Shown piece by piece: positions 17,331 through 26,628 of a stretch of DNA of 64,000 bases. The notes beneath the pieces were generated by a model, which did not search any database, was not told the DNA's origin, and worked only from the letters and a program-made list of their open reading frames with translations. The stretch lies in NCBI GenBank assembly GCA_021772915.1, contig JAJFLB010000034.1, positions 52,631 to 116,630 of the forward strand. Direction: 5' to 3'. Position numbers and translations under genes: made by a program. This DNA is from Gammaproteobacteria bacterium (lineage in GTDB: Bacteria; Pseudomonadota; Gammaproteobacteria; Xanthomonadales; SZUA-36). How positions within the stretch are numbered: the first letter of the stretch is position 1; each line of letters starts with the position of its first letter.

Positions 17331-19091
17331 TCAGTTTGGTGTAGTTTGACCACCCTCCGTCGAAGGTAACAACTCGCCCTCGAAAAAAGTCATCATGACC
17401 TGAGTTTCACCGACATCGTCGATGGATATCTCGAACAGATTTCTGTCAAGTACAACTAAATCGGCTGATTTGCCTACTTCAACCGATCCTGTCAGCCCAT
17501 CCAGCCGGAGTGCCCGGGCACCATTGAGTGTGTAAATTTGGATCGCTTCTTCCAGGGTCACCGCCTGATCCGCCCAGAATTGCCCTTCCACCCGCCCAGT
17601 AGGGTCCCGGCGGCTCACCAGCGCCTCGATGCCAATCCATGGGTTTGGGGTCGGCATGATCGAGGGCCAGTCCGTGCCGGCAACGACCAGGGCACCGGAA
17701 TCGAGCAGGTCGCGCACCGGAAAATATCGCTCACCTCGAGAGCCTACTGCAGAAATTACTGCGTCAATGACCGGTGATGGAAACCAGAGTATCGGTGAAA
17801 TATCGGCGACCGCGTCCAGCGCTGCAAACCTTGGCACATCGTCGGGGTGGATGTAGCCTGCGTGCGCCAATTCATGCCGTAGCCCACTGAATCCATTTGC
17901 CTCGCGTGCAGCTTCGATCGCATCGAGTCCAACACGTACAGAACGGTCACCCGCTGCATGCAGCTTGACGGTGAAACCTTTTGCATCCAGTGCAATCAGA
18001 TCCTGTGCCAGGGTCTCAAGCCCCACGTGAAGGTTGCCGGTGAACTGGTCCCCGTGGGTATCGTCGGGCAGGTATGGGTCCAGCATCGCGGCAGTCCTGG
18101 CGGGTGTTGGCACACCGTCGAGAAATATCTTCACAAATCGGGTGTGTAGGTGTTGCGTCGCATAGCGATCACGAATACGCTCAATTTCAGTCACATCCAG
18201 TGGTTCAATCCGGTGTCCATAAGGTGTTCTGATGTTGGCTGCCAAATGTACACTCAGGCCACCGAGACTATTGTCCACCTCGTGATAAGCGGCCATGGCC
18301 GCCGACTCATAGGCGCCGGCATCCTTGATGCCGGTAATGCCGAAACCAGCCGCCAGCCGCAGAACTTCCTGTACCGACGCAATGTACTGTTCCGTCGACC
18401 AGTCCGGGACGGCCTTTCCACCCAGACGTGCCGCGGTCTCAAGCAGCAGGCCGTTCGGTTCGCCGTCAGCGTCACGACCGATGGCACCACCTTCAGGGTC
18501 GGGCGTGGAAGGCAGGATGCCGGCGAGTTCCAGCGCCTTGGAGTTAAACCAGGAATTGTGACCTGAGTCATCATCCAAAGCGACGGCGATATCACCAGTG
18601 ATCGCGTCCAGCCACTCCCGTGGGGATTCAATATCGTATTGTTGAAAAAAACCACTGCCCCATTGGCCGCCAATTATCCACTCGGCACCGGGGTCTTTCG
18701 CAACACAGCCACGGAGAATTTTCGCAATCTCGTCCGGATCAGACTCAATCGGGAAGCGACAGTGATAAAGTGACGCTATCGCCCCCATAACAGGGTGAAC
18801 ATGGGCATCATTGATTCCAGCCATGGCCATTTTACCCTGCAGATCAATCAGGTTCGTAGCTCCACCAACATAGGCGGTAACCCCGGCACTATCTCCCACA
18901 TAGGTATATTTCCCATCCTTGATCGCGACCGCCTCGGTCCAGGGTTGTTCCGGATTCACGGTATAGATTTTGCCATTGGTCAAGACGGTATCGGCAGCCA
19001 CCACCAGCTTTGTGGTTTCCTGAGTTTCAGAGCCACAAGCAGCAAGCAGCACAAAGACAAACATCACTGAACTAAGTTTTTTCATCACCAC
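17331..19091 (-). CDS. Amidohydrolase-3 (YtcJ-like) metal-dependent hydrolase, lipoprotein
   Basis: Lipobox LLAACGS and a GINDAHVHP metal-binding HxH motif; 586 aa. Confidence 0.8.
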   Translation of the reverse strand: MVMKKLSSVMFVFVLLAACGSETQETTKLVVAADTVLTNGKIYTVNPEQPWTEAVAIKDGKYTYVGDSAGVTAYVGGATNLIDLQGKMAMAGINDAHVHPVMGAIASLYHCRFPIESDPDEIAKILRGCVAKDPGAEWIIGGQWGSGFFQQYDIESPREWLDAITGDIAVALDDDSGHNSWFNSKALELAGILPSTPDPEGGAIGRDADGEPNGLLLETAARLGGKAVPDWSTEQYIASVQEVLRLAAGFGITGIKDAGAYESAAMAAYHEVDNSLGGLSVHLAANIRTPYGHRIEPLDVTEIERIRDRYATQHLHTRFVKIFLDGVPTPARTAAMLDPYLPDDTHGDQFTGNLHVGLETLAQDLIALDAKGFTVKLHAAGDRSVRVGLDAIEAAREANGFSGLRHELAHAGYIHPDDVPRFAALDAVADISPILWFPSPVIDAVISAVGSRGERYFPVRDLLDSGALVVAGTDWPSIMPTPNPWIGIEALVSRRDPTGRVEGQFWADQAVTLEEAIQIYTLNGARALRLDGLTGSVEVGKSADLVVLDRNLFEISIDDVGETQVMMTFFEGELLPSTEGGQTTPN

Positions 19092-19163
19092 TACCTCGAA
19101 TTCCTTGTTTAAATCATGAAAATTACAGGTGCAGACCTGTGCTCGGGTCTGTTCTTTGTGTGT

Positions 19164-21287
19164 TTACTGGTCATTTCTTTCTGCGACCTGCCGTATCAAC
19201 TTTTGGTATTCGTCACGCGCCCGGTCAATACGTCTGTCCAGCTTTTCCTTGTCGGCGTCCCATCTTGTGAGTAACGACCCCTCGGTATCACCCCTTTCCC
19301 AATCTTCATCCAGGTCAGGTCTGGAAGCTCTGAATGCCTCAAGAACATCGACGTACTTTGCGGCAACGTCCACAGCCACTGCAGGATTCCAGAAGCGCTG
19401 GTCATCGTCAACGTACAGATAAACCGGGGCCGTGTGTGCCACCCGGTTTTCTTTTCCGTAGGCACGAATGGCCAACCACTGGGATTCCAAGGTCTGAAAG
19501 TCATAACTCAGTTGCAGTGATTCCGCACCTTTATCAGACGAAACGGTTTTGACAACCTCGCCATGAACGACAAGTTCAAGTTTTGCCAGGCTGTCCATGT
19601 CGGGATTGACGGACGCCGTGGCTGAAATACTCACCTTTTCCCCACGTTGTACATTGAATTCAGACCTGTTCGTATCACCGTTAACACTGAACTCCAACAC
19701 CGGCCCATTCGACACAAATGAGCGCCCACTGACCCAGGCGTCATACCAGGCCTGCACAGAGAACTGACCATCAAGCTGAACATAGACACGTTCACTTCCT
19801 GCGATACCAATGAAGGGATAGTCGGAGCCCGCCGCCGGGAGCAATTTATAACCGAGATTGAGGAAATCGTACAAGTAACTGGTATTCAAGCTACCCATTT
19901 GCAATATTTCGATAAAGTCAACTACCCCCAGGGGCACGTCCAGTGCCAGACCGTAATTTACATTGAAGGAGTCAATAGCCACATGGGCATAGCCCCACAA
20001 TCCCCCGTTACGATGGACAAGCTTCGCAATATTGTCGTAGATGAAGTAATCCTCCTTGCTCCAAACGTACTTTGTGGCATTGAGTCCTATGGTATGACCA
20101 CGGTGCGACGAACGTGGTGACTCCTGCCCCGACACCAGGGCGTGCGTTGAGCGGACAAAATGTCCCTCAGGTCCGAAGGCGTACTGTGGGTAATAACCAC
20201 TTGCACCGACATTGCTCACCTGTAACAGATTGGATACGTGGATATCTTCGGCCCGGGTGAATGCCAGAACACCCTTGTTTTTCGAGGGTTCCGGCCGGCC
20301 GATGTGAATGTGTGCATCTCCTGAGTACCACCCTTTTGCGGGCATGTTTTTCCAGCGTTGCAATTTGATATCAACGGACCTTAATTTGCCCGCCTCGATG
20401 TTGACTTTCTGGTGCACAAGACGATATTCAGGTCCTTTGTAAATGACAAGATCATAGCTGCCCGCAGGCACCGGGGCCTGATAAGCCCCGTCTACATAAA
20501 ATACGTAGCGGCCTTCACTCGGCCAACTACTGATCTTGCTGAGCATGGGCCATTGTTTAAACGGACTTGAAAACGGTTCCAAAGTAACCGCTTCGTCGCC
20601 CGGCATCGGGCTGCGGCCTTGTGGATCGTACAGACCTACACGGACTGAATCCGGCAAATCTTCCTCATTACGAATATCCAGTTTGATAGTTCCCAGTTCA
20701 AGTTCTTCTGACTGTTCCAGTTGTTCGCGGGAAATCTTTAAGCCACACAGGGCCAATTCTCCATTTACATCTCTATCTTGCGGATGTTTGGCCCCCAGGG
20801 CGCCAATGGCAAAGTCGGTCTTTTCATATTTTCGATTGGCCAGACGTGCGCGCTCCAATTGCACCGTTACCCGCTCCCATCGTTTTTCGTAGGCCGGGTT
20901 GAGCTTGAACTGTTTTGCCTCGGGGTTGACGGCGTGATCATAGGAGAGATTGAAGCCGTCCGTAAGGCTGCGGTCAAATAACAACTCAAGGCTTATCGTT
21001 TCGTCAATATTGAAGGCAAAGTCATCATCAACATCGAAGAAGAAATAGGGTCCCACCAGGCACTGATGACCATCTCGATCCTCAATCCGCCCCGGTTTAC
21101 GCCAACTAACGAACCAATCTCCGCCGTGAAAATCAATATTCATCGTCAGGGTTCGTGAAACATTGACATCTGGATGCCACTCAAGCAATTGCTTGCCAAT
21201 GGGATGATCGCTATGTGCCAGAACGATTTCAGCCGGTGTCCACACACATATAAGTAGCAGCAGGCACTTGCAATGGACAGCTTTCAT
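19164..21287 (-). CDS. Secreted PHP-like (CehA/McbA-type) metallohydrolase, tentative
   Basis: Signal peptide. GWYSGDAHIHIGRP resembles the W..GD.H.H motif of CehA/McbA-family proteins. Its start overlaps the amidase stop. Confidence 0.5.
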   Translation of the reverse strand: MKAVHCKCLLLLICVWTPAEIVLAHSDHPIGKQLLEWHPDVNVSRTLTMNIDFHGGDWFVSWRKPGRIEDRDGHQCLVGPYFFFDVDDDFAFNIDETISLELLFDRSLTDGFNLSYDHAVNPEAKQFKLNPAYEKRWERVTVQLERARLANRKYEKTDFAIGALGAKHPQDRDVNGELALCGLKISREQLEQSEELELGTIKLDIRNEEDLPDSVRVGLYDPQGRSPMPGDEAVTLEPFSSPFKQWPMLSKISSWPSEGRYVFYVDGAYQAPVPAGSYDLVIYKGPEYRLVHQKVNIEAGKLRSVDIKLQRWKNMPAKGWYSGDAHIHIGRPEPSKNKGVLAFTRAEDIHVSNLLQVSNVGASGYYPQYAFGPEGHFVRSTHALVSGQESPRSSHRGHTIGLNATKYVWSKEDYFIYDNIAKLVHRNGGLWGYAHVAIDSFNVNYGLALDVPLGVVDFIEILQMGSLNTSYLYDFLNLGYKLLPAAGSDYPFIGIAGSERVYVQLDGQFSVQAWYDAWVSGRSFVSNGPVLEFSVNGDTNRSEFNVQRGEKVSISATASVNPDMDSLAKLELVVHGEVVKTVSSDKGAESLQLSYDFQTLESQWLAIRAYGKENRVAHTAPVYLYVDDDQRFWNPAVAVDVAAKYVDVLEAFRASRPDLDEDWERGDTEGSLLTRWDADKEKLDRRIDRARDEYQKLIRQVAERNDQ

Positions 21288-22786
21288 ATCGCCCTCCGGG
21301 TTTGTGCCGTTAATGACGGCTTTTGCTTCCAGAATTGCGTTGCTTGTTCAAACGCCCGGGCGAGTTGTAACACACCAAAATCATCGTGATAACGACCGAC
21401 AATCTGAACCCCTACCGGCAGCCCGTCATCAGTGAATCCGCAGGGCACCGATATGGCAGGATGACCCGTGACCGTAATGAAATAGCAGGACCTCATCCAG
21501 TCAAGATAAGTATCCATTTTCACACCCTCGATCTCTTTCACGTAGGCTTGATTGACATCAAAAGGCGGGACCTGCGACACCGGCAGGATCAGAAATTCAT
21601 AGACTTCCATGAACTCACGTAATCGATGGTAGAGCGCGGTGCGTTTGCTTTCGGCATCTGCAAGCGCGGCTCCGGTCAGGGTGAGTCCCTGCTCGGTGTT
21701 CCACACCACATTTTCATTCATCACGTCACGGTGCTGTTCGAGCAGACCGCCACACAGATGACCGTATAACCAGGCTCGCCAGACCCTGAAAGCATCGTCG
21801 GCACCGCTAAACTCAGGCAGTGTTTCATCGATGCGGCAACCGAGCGTCGTAAAAGTGGCACGTTGTGCATCAATGGCTGCGGTGACCTTCGAGTCCACGG
21901 GTAAGACGCCTCCGAAATCACTGCTCCACGCGATTCGAACACCCTCGAAATCGCGGTCCAGTGGCTGACGAAACCGGCCGCCCGGTTCATCCAGGGAGAT
22001 CGGAGAGCGATTATCCGGGCCGGCCATCACACTCAGAAGTAGTGCAACGTCTTCCACTGTCCGTGCCATTGGCCCTTCTACCGGCAAGGTCATCCAGCCA
22101 ATATCATTCGGCCACGATGGCACCCGACCCGGTGAGGGGCGGAAGCCAACGATATTACAGAAACTGGCAGGGTTTCGAAGCGAACCACCAAGATCGCTAC
22201 CGTCCGCCAACGGCAGCATGCCACTGGCCAATGCCGCCGCTGCACCACCGCTGCTGCCACCACAGGTTTTGGAGAGGTCATAAGGGTTACAGGTCGCACC
22301 GAAGACCTTGTTAAAGGTCTGCGAACCTGCACCGAATTCCGGTGTATTGGTCTTGCCGATCATGATTGCACCGGCATCACGGATACGCTCTACGAACAAG
22401 GCATCACGATCCGGCATAAAGTCCTTGTACACCAGTGACCCAAAGGTTGTACGTACACCTTTGGTGAGTGCCAGGTCCTTGTGCGCTATTGGCAGGCCAT
22501 GTAAGGGCCCAACACTCTGCCCGGACGTGAGTGCCCGGTCTGCACACCGGGCTGATTCCATGGCCTGTTCCGGCAGTAGTGTGACGATCGCATTGACCGT
22601 TGTGTTGACTTCTTCAATCTGCTCAAGATGTCTTTGCATCACGGTCTCGCAGGAAAGCTCACGGGACCGGATTTTCCCGGCCAGATCCGTCGCGGTTTCA
22701 AAACAAATCGATTCGGAAGACAAAAAGGGATTCCTGTGATAAATCCTGCCTTCCGGGTGCAGACTTATACCCGGAAGGCAGGTCAA
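21284..22786 (-). CDS. Amidase-signature family amidase
   Basis: GGSSGGAAAALASG signature plus the KD...S catalytic context; 500 aa. Confidence 0.85.
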   Translation of the reverse strand: MTCLPGISLHPEGRIYHRNPFLSSESICFETATDLAGKIRSRELSCETVMQRHLEQIEEVNTTVNAIVTLLPEQAMESARCADRALTSGQSVGPLHGLPIAHKDLALTKGVRTTFGSLVYKDFMPDRDALFVERIRDAGAIMIGKTNTPEFGAGSQTFNKVFGATCNPYDLSKTCGGSSGGAAAALASGMLPLADGSDLGGSLRNPASFCNIVGFRPSPGRVPSWPNDIGWMTLPVEGPMARTVEDVALLLSVMAGPDNRSPISLDEPGGRFRQPLDRDFEGVRIAWSSDFGGVLPVDSKVTAAIDAQRATFTTLGCRIDETLPEFSGADDAFRVWRAWLYGHLCGGLLEQHRDVMNENVVWNTEQGLTLTGAALADAESKRTALYHRLREFMEVYEFLILPVSQVPPFDVNQAYVKEIEGVKMDTYLDWMRSCYFITVTGHPAISVPCGFTDDGLPVGVQIVGRYHDDFGVLQLARAFEQATQFWKQKPSLTAQTRRAI

Positions 22787-22793
22787 TGCTACT

Positions 22794-25271
22794 TTAGAAG
22801 TTGTAGTACAGTGTTACCCCGTAGGTCAACGGCATACCAACACTTCGAATCCAGGGACCGTTACCGCCCTGGTACGCGGCCGGGTAATAGTACTCATCGG
22901 TGAGGTTCCTGCTCCAGGCCAGCACCCGCCATTTTCCGTCGGCAGCCGCAATGCCAATACGCGCATTTAGAATTGTGAATGATTCGGTTGCGTCACCGAT
23001 TTGCGCACCACCTGTGGTGCTATCCTGAAAGCTGAAATCACCTGCGATCTCCATCACCAGATTGTTGCTGATCGGCCACTCGTATGAGACCAGGCCGGCC
23101 GCTGACCATCTCGGAGCCATCGCCAGTTCTATACCGGACGCATCACGCATGACCGTGACAGGCCAGGAGCTGGCATCACGATCAACTGCTTCCCATTCCT
23201 TGACCTCACTGTCAAGGTAGGCGATACCAAGGCTAAGGTTTAAACCGTCCGTCGGAATCCAGTTTATATCAATTTCCGCACCGGTGATCTCGGATTTGGG
23301 TACGTTGGTTAAGCCGGAAATATTGCCGACAAAAGTGACCGCAGCGTCCTGCTCCTGCTTGTCTTCATAGTCATAGAAAAAGGCCGCAGCGTTTAGCTGC
23401 ATACTGCCATCGAGCAGGGTTGCCTTGACACCCAGTTCCCAGGATGTCAGCACTTCTTCCCGATAGGGTTCCAGTTGCTGAGTCGTGTTGGAGTTCGCAC
23501 CGTTGAATCCGCCAGATTTGAACCCCCTGGACCAGGTGCCGTAAATCAGCACATCATCAGACACGATATAATCCACACCAAATTTACCCATCCACCGGTC
23601 GGTGTTGATGGTGTCATCAAAAACGTGAAACGCATCATTTGCGTTGGGGCCGCCAATCAAGGCAAAAATGTAGGTCGGCGACGTGGGATCATCATCAATG
23701 GTGCCACAATCACCGGGAACGAGGCTTGAACCGAAATTCGCGTTCAGGAATCCTCCAAGACTGCCGTCATCAGAAACAAATGTACACCCTGACCAGTCCC
23801 TGTCTTCCTCCGTGTAGCGGGCACCTACCGTCAAGCGCCAGTGTTCCGCAAGGCTCCACTCCACGTGCCCGAATACCGCTTTGGATGTTGTCTCCTGCTG
23901 ATACTTGGTATCCAGTTCGAGGATGGGAGTGAACATAAACGGGGGCACACCCCAGGCAACCGACCCGAACCCGAACAGAGAGTCCGACATGAAGTAGTGG
24001 TAGAACTCATCCATTTCGTCCCAGGAGTAGTAAAGACCAGCGATCCACAAGAGGTCATCGGATTGACCCGAAAGACGCAACTCCTGTGAAAACACTTCGA
24101 GCTTGGTCGTGTTGATGTTGCTCGAATCGTTGTAAAAGCCACCGTCCCAGTCGTTGGCTTCTTCACGATCAAATTTGTCATAGGCGGTGATCGAGGACAG
24201 ATTCAGGTTACCCAGGTCCCATTCCAGTTTCGCGGACAGGCCCTTAAGCTGGTTGTCCCGGTGTGGTCTAAGATTAAAAGTCCTGCCGGTATGTGGACTG
24301 GTGTAACTGTTGGTCCAGTCAGCGGCACGATTGTCACCGATGGAATACCAGGGTGGGGTTGCACCCGCATTAGCACCAAATACATAATCATCCAATGGTG
24401 TATACGGTAAGGCGAACTCACCCAAACCGGCAATGGAGCCATCGTAAACCGTATTGGCCTTGTTGTCGGACTTGTCATTTACATAATGGAAGTTCAGCAG
24501 AATCTTTACGTCCTCGCTTATATCTACGTTAAACAGCGCCCTGATTGCAGTGGTGTTCAGTTCACCCAACTTGTCGTCCCGTGTGACACTTTTTTGCCAG
24601 CCCTTGTTGGACTGCGTGGTCTTGAAGGCCAAGCGTGCCTGCATGCTCTCACTCAATGCACCAGTAGCAAAGCCCTCCAGATCGAAAACCCCGAAACGCC
24701 CATAACTGGTACTGAATCCCGCCTGTACCTCCTCACTGGGCTTGTTGCTGACAAAATTAATTTGCCCGGCCGTAGTGTTACGACCGTAAAGGTCACCCTG
24801 GGGGCCTTTCATTACTTCTACGCGTTGAACATCAAAAACCAGACCACGGCTCATTACCGTGTACGGGATAGCCACCTCGTCGAAATAGAGACCAACCGTA
24901 GAGGACGCACCAGTAGAGTAGTCCTGAAAACCAACACCACGTATCGTATAAAGCGGCACACCGGTGGCCGCCGTGTCATTGACTGTCAGCCCCGGTGTGA
25001 ATTGAGCAACCTGCTCAGCGGTAACAACACCCAGATCCTTGAGTTGCTCACCCGTGAAGGCATTGACGGTAATGCCAATATCATTGGCACTCTGTTCGCG
25101 TTTTTGTGCTGTAACGACAACTTCCTCGATCGCCACGCTTGCAGCCAACACCGATCCAGCAGTGCCCAGGCCTGTGATAAGAAATGTAAATGCCGACACC
25201 AAGCCAATGCTTCGGCTCAGGATTGTGCAGGTGTAGCTTAGAACTCTTTGGCCTGAAGAAAATTTTCTCAT
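22794..25271 (-). CDS. TonB-dependent receptor
   Basis: Signal peptide, plug-domain motifs (IEEVVVTAQKRE, VEVMKGPQGDLYGRN) and a C-terminal ...YGVTLYYNF barrel terminus. Confidence 0.9.
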   Translation of the reverse strand: MRKFSSGQRVLSYTCTILSRSIGLVSAFTFLITGLGTAGSVLAASVAIEEVVVTAQKREQSANDIGITVNAFTGEQLKDLGVVTAEQVAQFTPGLTVNDTAATGVPLYTIRGVGFQDYSTGASSTVGLYFDEVAIPYTVMSRGLVFDVQRVEVMKGPQGDLYGRNTTAGQINFVSNKPSEEVQAGFSTSYGRFGVFDLEGFATGALSESMQARLAFKTTQSNKGWQKSVTRDDKLGELNTTAIRALFNVDISEDVKILLNFHYVNDKSDNKANTVYDGSIAGLGEFALPYTPLDDYVFGANAGATPPWYSIGDNRAADWTNSYTSPHTGRTFNLRPHRDNQLKGLSAKLEWDLGNLNLSSITAYDKFDREEANDWDGGFYNDSSNINTTKLEVFSQELRLSGQSDDLLWIAGLYYSWDEMDEFYHYFMSDSLFGFGSVAWGVPPFMFTPILELDTKYQQETTSKAVFGHVEWSLAEHWRLTVGARYTEEDRDWSGCTFVSDDGSLGGFLNANFGSSLVPGDCGTIDDDPTSPTYIFALIGGPNANDAFHVFDDTINTDRWMGKFGVDYIVSDDVLIYGTWSRGFKSGGFNGANSNTTQQLEPYREEVLTSWELGVKATLLDGSMQLNAAAFFYDYEDKQEQDAAVTFVGNISGLTNVPKSEITGAEIDINWIPTDGLNLSLGIAYLDSEVKEWEAVDRDASSWPVTVMRDASGIELAMAPRWSAAGLVSYEWPISNNLVMEIAGDFSFQDSTTGGAQIGDATESFTILNARIGIAAADGKWRVLAWSRNLTDEYYYPAAYQGGNGPWIRSVGMPLTYGVTLYYNF

Positions 25272-25412
25272 TTGGTATACCCTCGGCAGCTAATGCTCCT
25301 CAATTATTGGTGGAATGAGTCTCCGGCCTCGCCAGCACAACATTGACTCACCTTATTCCGCTCCGTGCCTGTGTACGTATAAAAAGACCATCCGGGTCTG
25401 CGATAATTCTCC

Positions 25413-26576
25413 CTATAGATTGGCCAGCAGGCTTTCGGCCCGCTGGATTGCTTCATTCTGGTGTGGCTGCAGCTCCTGCCCACCCAGACCGGCCAACAGT
25501 TCCAGGAAAGGATCCTCAACACCGGTTTTCTCACCCGACAGTGTTTCAATCACAGCCAGAGCGAAAAACGGAACTGTCGATACGTTATAACCCCCTTCGT
25601 GACACATAACGATGCGTCCGTCACACAGTTCCTGCGCCGTAGTCATCAGTTTCCCGGCCATCAGGCGGTACGCACCACTGTGCAATTGCATCCGTCCAAG
25701 TGGATCGTGTGCGCCGGCGTCAAAGCCGCATGGCACTATGATCAATTCCGGTTGGTAGGTTTTTAGTGCAGGCACGACAATACGTTCGAACACCGTCTCA
25801 TAGGCGCCGACACCCGACCCGGGTGGTAATGGAATATTGATATTGAACCCTTCCCCCGGTCCTGAACCATTGTCCTCGATAGGTCCTGAATTGGGTGGAA
25901 AGCAGTTGTCCTGGTGGACCGAAATCGTCAGCGCACGGGGATCTTCCCAGAATGCGGCCTGGGTGCCGTTGCCATGATGCACGTCCCAATCAACGAATGC
26001 GATACGTTCCAACCCATGGGTCTCCAACGCGTGTAGCCCCGCGATGGCGCCATTACACAATAGACAAAAGCCCATTCCAGTATCAGCAAGGGCGTGGTGA
26101 CCGGGGGGTCGTACCAATGCGTATGCGTTAGCCACCGCGCCGTTCATGACTGCATCTACGGCCGCAATGACACCACCTGCGGATAACCTGGCGATCTCAT
26201 AGCTATCTTTGCCAAATGGCGTGAATCCACCGGCGTCGCCACCCGTCTCGGCGCTCATAACAGAAATTCTGTCCAGGTACTCCTGCGTGTGTACGCGTAA
26301 CAATTGCTCCTGCGTTGCCTTGTGCGCAACTACCGGAACCAGCTTGTCCAGCAGACCACTTACCTCTAGCAGGTTTCGAATACGTCGCTTGGTTTCCGGA
26401 TTCTCTACGTGCTCATAGGGTTGGACCGGCCCACCCGGCGCCATAACGCCAGAATGGGTACCGGTATCGTGCCACATATAAATCTCATGCCAGACAAAGC
26501 CAGTAGCCACTTTCACATCCCCGTATACGGAATACTCTCTAGTTTGGGTGTAGGCTAGCAAGCTCACGCATGACAA
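25413..26576 (-). CDS. Histone-deacetylase-family amidohydrolase (acetylpolyamine / acetoin-utilisation type)
   Basis: RPPGHHA, DWDVHHGNGTQ, GFDAGAHDPLG motifs. Confidence 0.85.
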   Translation of the reverse strand: MSCVSLLAYTQTREYSVYGDVKVATGFVWHEIYMWHDTGTHSGVMAPGGPVQPYEHVENPETKRRIRNLLEVSGLLDKLVPVVAHKATQEQLLRVHTQEYLDRISVMSAETGGDAGGFTPFGKDSYEIARLSAGGVIAAVDAVMNGAVANAYALVRPPGHHALADTGMGFCLLCNGAIAGLHALETHGLERIAFVDWDVHHGNGTQAAFWEDPRALTISVHQDNCFPPNSGPIEDNGSGPGEGFNINIPLPPGSGVGAYETVFERIVVPALKTYQPELIIVPCGFDAGAHDPLGRMQLHSGAYRLMAGKLMTTAQELCDGRIVMCHEGGYNVSTVPFFALAVIETLSGEKTGVEDPFLELLAGLGGQELQPHQNEAIQRAESLLANL

Positions 26577-26628
26577 TCCCGACCCGGAAGTAGGGCATGT
26601 CAGTCAATTACCCCCTCTAAAGTAGGGT

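Noticed and set aside
24486-25241. 251-aa plus-strand ORF opposite the TonB-dependent receptor
   Set aside because: It is antisense to a strongly supported receptor gene and has no recognisable motifs.
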